IMG/VR virus record: IMGVR_UViG_2931133163_000005
Source: a virus
Reading direction: 5' to 3' (one strand)
Length of the DNA stretch: 64,000 bases
A program made the position numbers and the translations under genes. Below the pieces are notes generated by a model that saw only the letters and a program-made list of their open reading frames with translations, ran no database searches and was not told the origin of the DNA. Shown here one piece after another: positions 54,268-63,721 of the stretch (position 1 is the stretch's first letter; each line of letters starts with the position of its first letter).

Positions 54268-54792
54268 ATGACGGATGTCCGGATCGCGCCGACGGGCACC
54301 GCCCCGGGCCAGCCCTTCCAGGCCGTCGACCTCGACCTGCTGCTCACGCCGGCGGGTCAGCTCGACACCTCGGACGAGCTGGCGACCGCCGTCGTCGTCG
54401 CCCTGATGACCGACGCGCTCGCCGGCCCGGACGACGACCTGCCGGACTCGCGCGACACCGACCGCCGCGGCTGGTGGGGCGACGTCGATGCCGAGGAGAT
54501 CTGGGACGGCTGGCCAATCGGCTCGAAGCTCTGGCTCCTGTCCCGGACCACGATCACCGGGGCGGCCGCCCGCAAGGGCACCACCACCATCCAGATCGAA
54601 GACTACATCCGCGAGGCCCTCCAGCCCTTCCTCGACCGGAAGATCGCGACCCGCCTCGACGTCACCGTGGTCCGCGCCGGCATCGAGCGGATCGAGGCGC
54701 GCGTCGTGATGTACCGCGGCGACGAGCTGCTGCTCGACCTTCGCTTCAGTGACCTCTGGGCCGGGATCGTCGTCTCCGCGCCGACCGGCTGA
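54268..54792 (+). CDS. Baseplate protein Mu gp46-like
   Basis: LATAVVVALMTDALA..RRGWWGD..IGSKLWLLSR. Confidence 0.92.
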   Translation: MTDVRIAPTGTAPGQPFQAVDLDLLLTPAGQLDTSDELATAVVVALMTDALAGPDDDLPDSRDTDRRGWWGDVDAEEIWDGWPIGSKLWLLSRTTITGAAARKGTTTIQIEDYIREALQPFLDRKIATRLDVTVVRAGIERIEARVVMYRGDELLLDLRFSDLWAGIVVSAPTG

Positions 54793-54865
54793 CCGGCCTC
54801 CCACCACCGCCACCGCCCGAGCCGACCCGCTGGAAGCCGCCCTGCGGCGCGCCTGAGGCTGCCCC

Positions 54866-55939
54866 ATGCCGTTCAACCTGCCGGACCTGCCGAGCATGCG
54901 CCGGCAGAACCGCGACAATCTCGCGGCCTACCTGAAGGGCGCCGACGCGAGCGTCCCGAACAACGCCCTGCGCGTGCTCTCGGATCAGAACGCCGGCGGC
55001 GCGTTCCTGAACCTGAAGTACCTCGCCTACATCGCCAAGAACGCCCTGCCGGACAAATCCGAGGGCGACTGGCTGCTGCGCTGGGCCTACATCCTGTTCG
55101 GCGGCCCGAAGGCGGCGACCTTCGCCTCCGGCACGATCGCGCTCACCGGCGTGAAGGGCACGCTCCTGACGGCCGGGTCGATCCTGGCGACCTCGGACGG
55201 TGTCCAGTACCAGACCGCGGCCGACGTCTACCTCTCGGCCACCGCGACACTCGCCGCTGTCACGTGTCTGACCGCGGGCGCGATCGGCAACCGGGACGCC
55301 GGCGCGCCGCTGTCGCTGACGGTGGCGGTCTCCAGCGTCGACGCGCAGGCCACGGTCGTCCTGATCGACGGCGGCGCCGACACTGAGAGCGACGACGATC
55401 TGCGCACCCGGGTGCTGCTGCGCCTGCGCCGGCCCCCGATGGGCGGCGACGCCGACGACTACATCCAGTGGACGCTGGCCGTCCCCGGCGTCACCCGCGC
55501 CTGGTCGAGCCCGAACGGCATGGGCATCGGCACCGTGGTGGTGCGGTTCCTGTGCGACGCGCTGCGCGCCGGCAACGCCGGCCTGCCGACCGACGACGAC
55601 ATCGCCCAGGTCCGCGCCTATCTCGACACGGTCCGACCCGTCTGCGTGAAGGACTTCTTCGTGGTCGCCCCGATCCCGCAGGGGCTCGGGATCGCGATCC
55701 GCAACCTGTCGGACGACACGCCGTCGATGCGGCTCGCCATTGAGACGGCGCTTCAGCTGCTGCTCCTGGAGCGCGCCGCCCCCGGGCAGACGATCTACGC
55801 GGCCTGGGTGTCGGCGGCGATCTCCGAGGTCGTGGGCGAGGGCTACTTCGATCTCGACTTCGAGGACGCCGTGATGGCTTCGCCCGGGCACATGGCGAGC
55901 CTCTCGGCCGCGGCCGGCGGCGGGATCTCCTACCCATGA
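54866..55939 (+). CDS. Baseplate J/gp47-like wedge protein
   Basis: GGADTESDDDLRTRVL..PPMGGDADDYIQWTLAVPGVTRAW. Confidence 0.95.
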   Translation: MPFNLPDLPSMRRQNRDNLAAYLKGADASVPNNALRVLSDQNAGGAFLNLKYLAYIAKNALPDKSEGDWLLRWAYILFGGPKAATFASGTIALTGVKGTLLTAGSILATSDGVQYQTAADVYLSATATLAAVTCLTAGAIGNRDAGAPLSLTVAVSSVDAQATVVLIDGGADTESDDDLRTRVLLRLRRPPMGGDADDYIQWTLAVPGVTRAWSSPNGMGIGTVVVRFLCDALRAGNAGLPTDDDIAQVRAYLDTVRPVCVKDFFVVAPIPQGLGIAIRNLSDDTPSMRLAIETALQLLLLERAAPGQTIYAAWVSAAISEVVGEGYFDLDFEDAVMASPGHMASLSAAAGGGISYP

Positions 55940-56718
55940 GCGACGGCTTCATCCGCCGCGACGGCGACGACTACGCCGAGGCCTTCGCGCGCCTGCTGCC
56001 GCGCGGCGAGGCGTGGTCGCGCGACCCCGACGGCGACCTGATGCGGCTCGTGCGGGGCCAAGCCGAGATCTGGGGCGCGGTGGTCGACCCGCGGGCCGCC
56101 GACCTTCTGGAGCTCGAACTCGACCCGCGCTTCACGACCGAGCTGCTGCCGGACTGGGAGCGCGCCTTCGGTCTGCCCGACCCGTGCGTCCAGGAGCAGT
56201 ACACCCTGGAGGAGCGGCGCCTCGCCCTCATCGAGCGGATCACGACCGAGGGCGGCCAGAGCCGGGCGTTCTTCTACAACGTCGCCTCGCGCCTCGGGTA
56301 CGTGATCCGGATCGTCGAGTACTCGCCGTTCATGGCCGGGATCTCCCGGTGCGGCGACACGCGGGCGACCGGCACCAACGGCGAGCAGTACCGCTGGCAG
56401 GTCGGACCGCCTGAGATCCGGTTCTACTGGACGGTGCGGGTCTACGGTTCGCGCGTGTCGTGGTTCCGGGCCGGCGCTGGCCAGTGCGGCATCGATCCGA
56501 TGGTGCGCTTCAGCATGGCCATGGACCTCGAATGCCTGTTCCGGCGCTACAAGCCGGCGCACACCGAGATCCTGTTCGACTACGCCAACGTCACGCCGAA
56601 GTACCAGGAATACGTGCCCTTCCGGGCAGGCGTGAACCACTGCGGGACCGACCCGCTGCTGACGATCATCGAGCACGGCGGCGACCCGCTGCCGGCCGAG
56701 AGCGTGCCGCTCTACTAG
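55936..56718 (+). CDS. YmfQ/DUF2313 (Mu gp48-like) baseplate protein
   Basis: LLPRGEAW, ELLPDWER.FGLPD, LECLFRRYKPAHT. Confidence 0.92.
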   Translation: MSDGFIRRDGDDYAEAFARLLPRGEAWSRDPDGDLMRLVRGQAEIWGAVVDPRAADLLELELDPRFTTELLPDWERAFGLPDPCVQEQYTLEERRLALIERITTEGGQSRAFFYNVASRLGYVIRIVEYSPFMAGISRCGDTRATGTNGEQYRWQVGPPEIRFYWTVRVYGSRVSWFRAGAGQCGIDPMVRFSMAMDLECLFRRYKPAHTEILFDYANVTPKYQEYVPFRAGVNHCGTDPLLTIIEHGGDPLPAESVPLY

Positions 56719-56801
56719 CCCCGCCCCTCAACCGATCGCTTGGCCGACGCTGACCCGCCCCGCGGGCCGGGCGCGGTCGCGCGCGTCCGGAGCGCCCGCC
56801 C

Positions 56802-57776
56802 GTGCAGTACAATAAACCCTTCGATCAGACGAACCCGGCGGCCGGCTACGTCAACGGCAACCCGGCGACCAACACGGCGGGCTCGATCCCCTGCGCCGAG
56901 GGTCTGGAGTACCCGCAGCGCGAGATCGTCAACGCGATCACCGCTGCCGGCCTCACGCCGACGAACGGCGATCTGACTCAGCTCGCCCAGGCGATCAAGG
57001 CGCTCATCGCCTCGACCGCGATCACGCCGGTCGTGGCGGCCGTCACGCTCTACGTCGACAGCTCCACGGGCAGCGACGCGACCGGGGACGGATCGCAGGC
57101 CAAGCCGTTCCGAACCAACGCGCGGGCCATCCGGTATGCCGCCTCGCGCTACGCGTTCGGCGGCTACGGGCTCCTGGTGCAGATGCTCTCGGCCGGTGCC
57201 TACGATCTGCCGGCGGTGGTCACCGGTGTCCCGAACCTCACGATCCTGGGCGCTCCGGCCAATCGCGGCAACTACCTCCTCACCGGTGCGGGCACGAAGG
57301 ATGCCCAGACGCAGGTTACGGGAACGGTCTGCACCATCAGCGGGGCGACGCTGCGCAACACCAATCCGGCGCTGAATACGATCGCGGCCGGCAGCAACGT
57401 GACGATCGACAACTGCGATTTCACCGGCGACACGGCGCTGAACGCCAGCCACCTCTTCGCCGGACCGGGCGGCTCCGTCACCCTCAGCGGGACGATTGGC
57501 ATCGCGCAGAGCGCGGGCGCGATCCTCGACGCGCAGGGCGGCACGATCACCTCGTTCGGCACGATCAACGTGCCGTCGGCCGGCGTCTTCACCAACGTCG
57601 TCAACTGCATCAACGGCCGCGTCGCCTTCGGCACGGGCGCGGCGTGGGGTGGCACGACTTCGGGACGGCGGTTCTACGCCGGGCTCAACGGCGTGATCCA
57701 GCTCTACGGCCGCGGCGTCAACTTCATTCCGGGCACGACGGCCGGCACTTCGGACACGGGAGGTCAGGTTGCGTAA
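56802..57776 (+). CDS. Tail fibre protein
   Basis: QREIVNAITAAGLTP..DLTQLAQAI anchor; LYVDSSTGSDATGDGSQAKPFRT; Gly/Thr-rich body. Confidence 0.85.
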   Translation: MQYNKPFDQTNPAAGYVNGNPATNTAGSIPCAEGLEYPQREIVNAITAAGLTPTNGDLTQLAQAIKALIASTAITPVVAAVTLYVDSSTGSDATGDGSQAKPFRTNARAIRYAASRYAFGGYGLLVQMLSAGAYDLPAVVTGVPNLTILGAPANRGNYLLTGAGTKDAQTQVTGTVCTISGATLRNTNPALNTIAAGSNVTIDNCDFTGDTALNASHLFAGPGGSVTLSGTIGIAQSAGAILDAQGGTITSFGTINVPSAGVFTNVVNCINGRVAFGTGAAWGGTTSGRRFYAGLNGVIQLYGRGVNFIPGTTAGTSDTGGQVA

Positions 57777-58368
57777 CTTCAACGCCTCGGACTGGTACTG
57801 GCGCCTGCCGAACGGCACCGACATCTTCGCCTCGGCGCGCGGGGCGATCGTCGGCGCCGACGACGCCGCCCTGAAGGCGTGGAGCGCGCCCGACGATTGG
57901 GAGCCGACGCCCTGTCCGGTCGACGCCAGCGGCGCGCCGACGCTGGTCGCGCTTCGCGAGGAGCTGGCACGCTGGGGACTGGCGCTCCCCGATGCTCTGG
58001 CGGCGGCGCCCTCCGCGGCCGATCTCGTCGCCTACGCAGCGGCCCGGCGCTTCGCGGTGGAGACCGGCGGAGTGGTGGTCAACGGCGTGACGGTCGCCAC
58101 CGACCGGGACAGCCAGTCGATGGTCGCCAATGCCTACGCCGGGATGCAGGCGGGCGCCGTCGCCTCCGTCAAGTTCAAGGCCGCCTCCGGCTGGATCGAG
58201 CTGACGGCCGACCAGATGAAGGCGGTGGCGCTCGCCGTCTTCGCCCACGTCCAGGCGTGCTTTGCCGCCGAGGACGGGTGCGACGCCGGCATCAACGCCA
58301 GCCCGCCCACGATCACGACCCTCGCGGAGGTCAACGCCGCCTTCGCAGGACTCGCGCCCGCGGCCTGA
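57769..58368 (+). CDS. Tail fibre assembly chaperone (DUF4376-like)
   Basis: RRFAVETGG..VATDRDSQ..ELTADQMKAVA.AV.AHVQACFAAE. Confidence 0.85.
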   Translation: MRNFNASDWYWRLPNGTDIFASARGAIVGADDAALKAWSAPDDWEPTPCPVDASGAPTLVALREELARWGLALPDALAAAPSAADLVAYAAARRFAVETGGVVVNGVTVATDRDSQSMVANAYAGMQAGAVASVKFKAASGWIELTADQMKAVALAVFAHVQACFAAEDGCDAGINASPPTITTLAEVNAAFAGLAPAA

Positions 58369-58398
58369 TTGCCAGCACCCCGTACCGGTCTGTCCCGC

Positions 58399-58419
58399 GC
58401 CGCCTCCGGGCGGCTTTTT
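58399..58419 (+). terminator. Rho-independent terminator
   Basis: GCCGCC-tccg-GGCGGC-TTTTT. Confidence 0.65.
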
Positions 58420-58446
58420 GCTGCCCACTCGCCTGAGGTCCGGTGC

Positions 58447-59130
58447 ATGTCGAGCCTCGCCCCGATCCAGCTGATCCAGCCGCAGCGCGTCGACTTCGAC
58501 ACGACGCAGGCGACCGACTGGCTCGATGGCTTGCCGCTGATCGGCTCGCCGAGCTTGGGCGGGGTGATCGCCGGGCCATCCAACGTTGGCCAAGCGAGCT
58601 TCACGGCCTCCGTCGCGCCCGGCACCGCGCTTGGCGTCCACAGGGTCACCGTGGCGGCCCTCGTGAATGGGCTGGTTGACCTGACCGTTTTGGATCCGTC
58701 GGGGACGATCACGGGCTTCGGGATCGCCGGCCTGCCCTTCTACGCCGGCGGCCTCACGATCAACCTGACCCAGCTCACCGGGCAAGCTGCGCTGGCGGTC
58801 GACGACACCTTCGCGGTGTCAGTTGTGCCCACGCCGGTCGACCTCACCGGCCTCGTGTTCGACCTCGATGCGCGCCAGTCGCTTGGGGCGGCGACCATCG
58901 CGCTCCAGGCCACCAGCGGCGGCGCGAACCCGAGCATCGCCAACGGTGGCCCGCTCGGCGTGATCGCCATGGCGGTCGCCCGCGCGACCATGGCCCGGCT
59001 GCCGGTCAAGCCCGAGGGCTACCCCTACGGCATCACCGCCACCGACCCGGCGACGGGCCTCCGGGTCCCGACCTTCTACGGCCTCATCCACCACACCGCC
59101 GTCCCCGCACAGATCGGACAGGGAGCCTGA
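58447..59130 (+). CDS. Beta-rich virion protein, possible spike adaptor
   Basis: PVDLTGLVFDLDARQS..GVIAMAV..YPYGI pattern with an inserted Ig-like module. Confidence 0.6.
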   Translation: MSSLAPIQLIQPQRVDFDTTQATDWLDGLPLIGSPSLGGVIAGPSNVGQASFTASVAPGTALGVHRVTVAALVNGLVDLTVLDPSGTITGFGIAGLPFYAGGLTINLTQLTGQAALAVDDTFAVSVVPTPVDLTGLVFDLDARQSLGAATIALQATSGGANPSIANGGPLGVIAMAVARATMARLPVKPEGYPYGITATDPATGLRVPTFYGLIHHTAVPAQIGQGA

Positions 59131-59134
59131 GAGC

Positions 59135-61237
59135 ATGGCGATCCGAGGTTCTTCGCTCGCCCGTGCCTATGTGCCGGTCGGCGGGCCGGCCGGCCTGCCC
59201 GGGCAGAGCACCTACGCGGCGTGGCTGGCCCTGGGCAACACCGGCGAGCTTGCCGACTTCGTGGCGGCCCAGAAGGGTGCGCCGGGTGGCGTCACGACGC
59301 TCGCCGGCAAGGTTGGCGCTCTGGGTCTGGACGATATCGGGGCGCTGGCCAAGACCGGCGACGCCTCCGGGACCAAGGTCCGACTTGCCATCGCCGCGGC
59401 GGTCGCGCGAGCCGTCACCGATCGGGCGACCGACCATGGTGTGACCCCGCAGGATTTTGGCGCCGTCGGCGATGGTGTGGCCGATGACACGACGGCCCTT
59501 CGCTCGTGGCTGGCGGCGCTCGGGCTCGGCCGGCGCGGTGCCATGCCGCCCGGGCTTTACCGGTTTACTCAGCCGCTCCAGTTCCCGATCGTCAGCAATC
59601 TGTCGCTCGCCGGCTCCGGCAGCCATTCGAGCGTGTTCTGGTACGACGGACCAGACGCCGCCAAAGACATCATCACGATTGGAGACACGACCAGTTCAAT
59701 CTCTCAGGTCCGGCAATGCAACCTGTCCGGCTTTCGAGTTGCCTCTAATCTGAAGATGACGGCCGGCGCCGGGCTTCGGATGCGCGGTCTGGTTCGGTCC
59801 GTGCTGCGAGATATCATTGCAGACGGTCAGGACGGCAACGGCAACCTGTTCCACGGCCTATGGTTCGACCAGGTCGATATGGTCGTGCTGGGGCAATACG
59901 AAGCGCGCGCTCAAGGCGATGCGGTTCGGCTCAACGGCGCGCTGGGGAATGGCGCCAAGGCCGGACTTTTCCTGCATCAAGGCAAGATCGCCGGCAGCGG
60001 CGTCGGCATCCGCGTCGGGGGCGCGTTCGGCGGCTTCAGTCTGGAACAGACGGACGTCATTGCCAACGGCACCAACATGATCGTCGATACAACTCTGACT
60101 GCTGAAGGCAACAGAGAGGTATTCATCGGTGCCACCGTATCTTTCGACAGCGCTCAGGACGCCAGCTCCGCGTCGATCGTCCTCGACGATAGCTTGATCG
60201 CCAACGGCATCATCGCGTTCACCGGCACTTGGAACACATCCGGCCCCGGCCACGGCTTGTGGGTCAAGAACTGGCGCGGTTCCGACCTCATCTGGACTGG
60301 CGGTACGATCGGCGCATTCACCGACAACGTCCGGGTCGATGATGCCTCGGCGAGGGCGACCTTTTCAGGAGGGTTGGCGATCCGGGCAGCGCGAGCATAC
60401 GGCGTCAACCCGACCGTCGCTGGCCACGCCGTGGTTGTTTCCAATGTCCGCGGCGTTGGGAATGCGCTCGGGACCTTGAATGCAACCTATCAGGCTGGGC
60501 GGCTTCTCACCTCTAGCGAGCTTGTTCCCGCCGTCGCGACGACGGGGCTGACCCTCTCGAACGACGTTACGACCCCAGCAAGCGTCATCAACATCGGTCC
60601 GGGATCCGCGACATCTTCTCCCCGGTCCGGGGTGATGGCGATGTTCGGCGTGCTGAACAAATCCATCCTCAGTACTTGGGTGGCGGGCACGGGTGGCGGG
60701 CTGGACACAGGCGCCGTAGCGTCTTCGACTTGGTATCACGTGTTCCTGATCAGCAACCCGTCAACGGGCGCTGTGGACGCGCTGTTTTCGCTCTCGCCCA
60801 GTACGCCCACGCTGCCGGCTGGATATCTGCTGTATCGGCGCATCGGTTCCGTTCGCACTGATGCGAGCAGCAACATTCTACCGTTCAAGCAAACCGGGTC
60901 CACCTTCGTCTGGACTGCGAGCGTGACCGATTTGAACGGGGGCGCATCGACGACAGCGTCGCTCGTGCCGTTGACTGTCCCGACGGGGGTCCAAGTCGAG
61001 GCGCTGTTCCGAGCGGGGGCCTCCAGCAGTTCCCCGAACGGCCTCATGATTTCCTCTCCAGATGCCGCGGATGAGGTGCCAACGTTCCCAAACTACTCGC
61101 TGACATGGGCGGCAAATACCAACGCCTTCGGGGAGTTTCGCGTCCGAACGGATACGTTCGGGCGGATCCGTGCTCGCTCGTCCGTCGACAGCACGATTTT
61201 CGGCGTACGCACCTACGGCTGGGTCGACCCTCGCTGA
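59135..61237 (+). CDS. Tailspike / polysaccharide depolymerase (pectate-lyase-3-like beta-helix)
   Basis: VTPQDFGAVGDGVADDTTAL, beta-helix repeats, C-terminal GGLDTGAVASSTWYHVFLI..GYLLYRRIGSVRTD. Confidence 0.85.
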   Translation: MAIRGSSLARAYVPVGGPAGLPGQSTYAAWLALGNTGELADFVAAQKGAPGGVTTLAGKVGALGLDDIGALAKTGDASGTKVRLAIAAAVARAVTDRATDHGVTPQDFGAVGDGVADDTTALRSWLAALGLGRRGAMPPGLYRFTQPLQFPIVSNLSLAGSGSHSSVFWYDGPDAAKDIITIGDTTSSISQVRQCNLSGFRVASNLKMTAGAGLRMRGLVRSVLRDIIADGQDGNGNLFHGLWFDQVDMVVLGQYEARAQGDAVRLNGALGNGAKAGLFLHQGKIAGSGVGIRVGGAFGGFSLEQTDVIANGTNMIVDTTLTAEGNREVFIGATVSFDSAQDASSASIVLDDSLIANGIIAFTGTWNTSGPGHGLWVKNWRGSDLIWTGGTIGAFTDNVRVDDASARATFSGGLAIRAARAYGVNPTVAGHAVVVSNVRGVGNALGTLNATYQAGRLLTSSELVPAVATTGLTLSNDVTTPASVINIGPGSATSSPRSGVMAMFGVLNKSILSTWVAGTGGGLDTGAVASSTWYHVFLISNPSTGAVDALFSLSPSTPTLPAGYLLYRRIGSVRTDASSNILPFKQTGSTFVWTASVTDLNGGASTTASLVPLTVPTGVQVEALFRAGASSSSPNGLMISSPDAADEVPTFPNYSLTWAANTNAFGEFRVRTDTFGRIRARSSVDSTIFGVRTYGWVDPR

Positions 61238-61336
61238 CCTGACGCCCACGGCGCCCCGCGGATCCCACCCGCGGGGCGCCGACCTGATGCCGCGCGGCTG
61301 ATCGCCCGGCCCCAACCCGACACCTTGGATCCCGCC

Positions 61337-61741
61337 ATGCTCCTGCAGCGCCTCGCGCTACGGGCCGCAGTCGCTTGCGCGCTGCTGTTCGCGCCTGCCC
61401 ACGCCCGAGCCTGGGAAGGCATTGCCTCGACCTACGGCCGCGAGATCTTCCGCATCAACCCGAAGGGGCTGACCGCCAACGGGGAGCGGTTCAAGCCGAT
61501 GGGGCTCACGGCGGCGATGTGGGACGTCCCGTTCAATACGCGCGTTCGCGTGACGAACCTCGCCAACGGCTGCAGCGTGATCGCCCGGATCAACGACCGA
61601 GGGCCACACAGGCGGCTGCGCCGCGCGATCGACATGTCCACCGGCGCGGCCCGCGCGCTGTGCTTCGACGGCCTCGCTCGCGTCCGGATTGAGATCCTGG
61701 ACCGGGCCGGGTCGGGACGCCGCTTGGCGGACGCGCGCTGA
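61337..61741 (+). CDS. rlpA: RlpA-family (DPBB) lytic transglycosylase with signal peptide
   Basis: GIASTYG, TANGERF..GLTAA..PFNTRVRVTNLANGCSVIARINDRGP..RAIDMSTGAARAL. Confidence 0.92.
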   Translation: MLLQRLALRAAVACALLFAPAHARAWEGIASTYGREIFRINPKGLTANGERFKPMGLTAAMWDVPFNTRVRVTNLANGCSVIARINDRGPHRRLRRAIDMSTGAARALCFDGLARVRIEILDRAGSGRRLADAR

Positions 61742-61974
61742 TGCGGGCCCGGATCCTGGCGGCGTTGCTGGCCGTCCTTGTGTCCGGCGCGCCGGCAGCG
61801 GCCACCGCCCGGCCGCGCATCCCGCACCTGCCGCCCCGGCCGAGCGCGGCGAGCCTTCTGGCCGCGGCGCCGATCGCGCCGAACGGCCTGCTCATCCACG
61901 ACGCCGGGCGCCTGCGCACCCTTGAGCTCGACGAGATCGCGCCGCTGCGCCTGCGCCTCTCCATCCCCTTCTGA
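61741..61974 (+). CDS. Small exported-type protein
   Basis: Signal-like N-terminus; TGATG overlap. Confidence 0.55.
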   Translation: MRARILAALLAVLVSGAPAAATARPRIPHLPPRPSAASLLAAAPIAPNGLLIHDAGRLRTLELDEIAPLRLRLSIPF

Positions 61975-61985
61975 GGACCTGACCC

Positions 61986-62924
61986 ATGGCGAAGGACGGT
62001 TTCGCACGAGCCTACGCGCGCGTGCGCGTCTACGAGGGCGGCAACGTCGACGATCCGCGCGATCCCGGCGGCCGCACGTCGCGCGGCGTCACGCAGCGCG
62101 TCTACACCGCGTGGCTGCGCCGACAGGGCCTGCCGAACGCGGACGTCTGGACCGCGACCGACGCGCAGGTCGCCGCGATCTATCGCGCGCTCTACTGGGA
62201 TAAGGCCGCCTGCGACGAGCTGCCGGCCGGCGTCGACTTCGTCGTCTTCGACGGAGGGGTGAACAGCGGAGTCGGGCAGTCGATCCGGTGGCTGCAGCGC
62301 AGCCTCGTCGGCTACCCGGGCGCGATCGACGGCGCGATCGGCGACGTCACGCTGCACGCGGTCGGCCAGGACGAGGACAACGACGCCCTGATCGCGCGCT
62401 ACTGCGCAGCCCGCCTCGGAACGCTGCGGGGGCTCAAGACCTGGCGGGCCTACGGCAAGGGCTGGTCGGCCCGCATCGCCAACGCGCAGAAGATCGGCCA
62501 GGGCTGGGCCTCGGGCAGCGTCGGGCCCGCGCCGGTCGCCGTCGACCAGGTCGGCGGACACCGTAAGGCGGTAGTTTCACCGGAAACGATCGCCCGGCCG
62601 CTGCTCTCGACGGCCTCGACCACGGTGGTGACCTCGGCCTCCGCGGTCGCCGCGCCCGTGTCCGAGCTCGGGCAGCAGCTCGAGGTGATGCGCGATTGGT
62701 TCGCGTGGATGCCCTACGTGCTCGGTGGACTCGCGGTCGTCGCCGGCGTCGCCGGCATCATCGTGAAGTACGGGCACGCGGTGGCCGACAAGGTCCAGGC
62801 GGGCTCCGCCACCGAAGCGGTGGACACGAGCGCCGACGAGGACCTGCCCGCAGTCGCGGTCGAGGATCCCGCCGCTCCGCAGGCCGCACCCGTATCGCCG
62901 GTCCCCGCGGCGGAGGCGGCCTGA
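61986..62924 (+). CDS. Endolysin, glycoside hydrolase 108 + PG-binding, with C-terminal TM
   Basis: YEGGNVDDPRDPGGRTSRGVTQ, IYRALYWD, GVDFVVFDGGVNSG, YGKGWSARI. Confidence 0.95.
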   Translation: MAKDGFARAYARVRVYEGGNVDDPRDPGGRTSRGVTQRVYTAWLRRQGLPNADVWTATDAQVAAIYRALYWDKAACDELPAGVDFVVFDGGVNSGVGQSIRWLQRSLVGYPGAIDGAIGDVTLHAVGQDEDNDALIARYCAARLGTLRGLKTWRAYGKGWSARIANAQKIGQGWASGSVGPAPVAVDQVGGHRKAVVSPETIARPLLSTASTTVVTSASAVAAPVSELGQQLEVMRDWFAWMPYVLGGLAVVAGVAGIIVKYGHAVADKVQAGSATEAVDTSADEDLPAVAVEDPAAPQAAPVSPVPAAEAA

Positions 62925-62925
62925 C

Positions 62926-63375
62926 ATGCGCGCCCTCCTGGATCGCATCAAGGCCCTCGCCGAGCGCGGGGCCGGCCTCCTGGGCGTCGGCGCCGTCGCC
63001 TTCGCTCTGCTCTCCGGCCTCACGCTGGGGTCGCTGCCCAGCGCCGGGCTGTCCTTCCTGATCGGTAAGGCGGCCGGCTACCGCGCCGCGGACCGGCAGG
63101 CCGAGATCAATCGCCTCGCCCGCGACGCCGCCGAGGCGCGCGTCGACGCGGCTGCCGCTCGGGTCGCCGAGCAGGCTGCCCGGGCGGGTGAGGCCCGCAA
63201 CGCGAGCGCCCAAGCGGCGGCGGAGAAACGCAATGTCGAATACGCGAAGGCTCTTCGGTCGCTCGGCCCGATGGGCGCTTGCGGGCTGTCTGACGCTGAC
63301 ATCGGCCGCCTGCGGGACAACGCGTGGGCTGTTCAGCGCGGCGCCCGGCGTCCGCACGCTCCCGCCAGTCGCTGA
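62926..63375 (+). CDS. Inner-membrane spanin (Rz-like)
   Basis: N-terminal TM, Ala-rich coiled coil, ACGLSDADIGRL. Confidence 0.75.
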   Translation: MRALLDRIKALAERGAGLLGVGAVAFALLSGLTLGSLPSAGLSFLIGKAAGYRAADRQAEINRLARDAAEARVDAAAARVAEQAARAGEARNASAQAAAEKRNVEYAKALRSLGPMGACGLSDADIGRLRDNAWAVQRGARRPHAPASR

Positions 63376-63562
63376 CATCGTCCCAGCGCCGGCGCCAAGG
63401 CCGGTGCCGAAGTGGGGCGAGGATGCGCGGCTCTACGCGCGGCGCGCCCTCGACTACGGCGACGCCAACGCGGCCGGCCTCGCCGATGCCGCAAACCGGT
63501 ACGGAGCGCTCGCCGACGCGATGAAGCATCCCGCGCCGGCGCCGGAAACGGCCGCGCCGTAG
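63233..63562 (+). CDS. Outer-membrane spanin lipoprotein (Rz1-like), overlapped
   Basis: Lipobox LTSAAC, Pro-rich segment; starts inside the Rz-like gene. Confidence 0.75.
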   Translation: MSNTRRLFGRSARWALAGCLTLTSAACGTTRGLFSAAPGVRTLPPVADIVPAPAPRPVPKWGEDARLYARRALDYGDANAAGLADAANRYGALADAMKHPAPAPETAAP

Positions 63563-63568
63563 CCCCGC

Positions 63569-63593
63569 AAGCCTGTGAAAGTTTCACGGGCTT
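63569..63593. terminator. Hairpin after the spanins
   Basis: AAGCCTGTGAA-agt-TTCACGGGCTT. Confidence 0.45.
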
Positions 63594-63721
63594 CCTGGCC
63601 GGCTGCTGCCTCTCACCCACCGAACGCAAGCCGGTTTGTCTCTCACGAGAGGCCGGCCCGCTTAACACAACGCGCGACCGGAACACCGGCGCGCGGTTCT
63701 CCGGCCTTGGGGGCCAGGATC

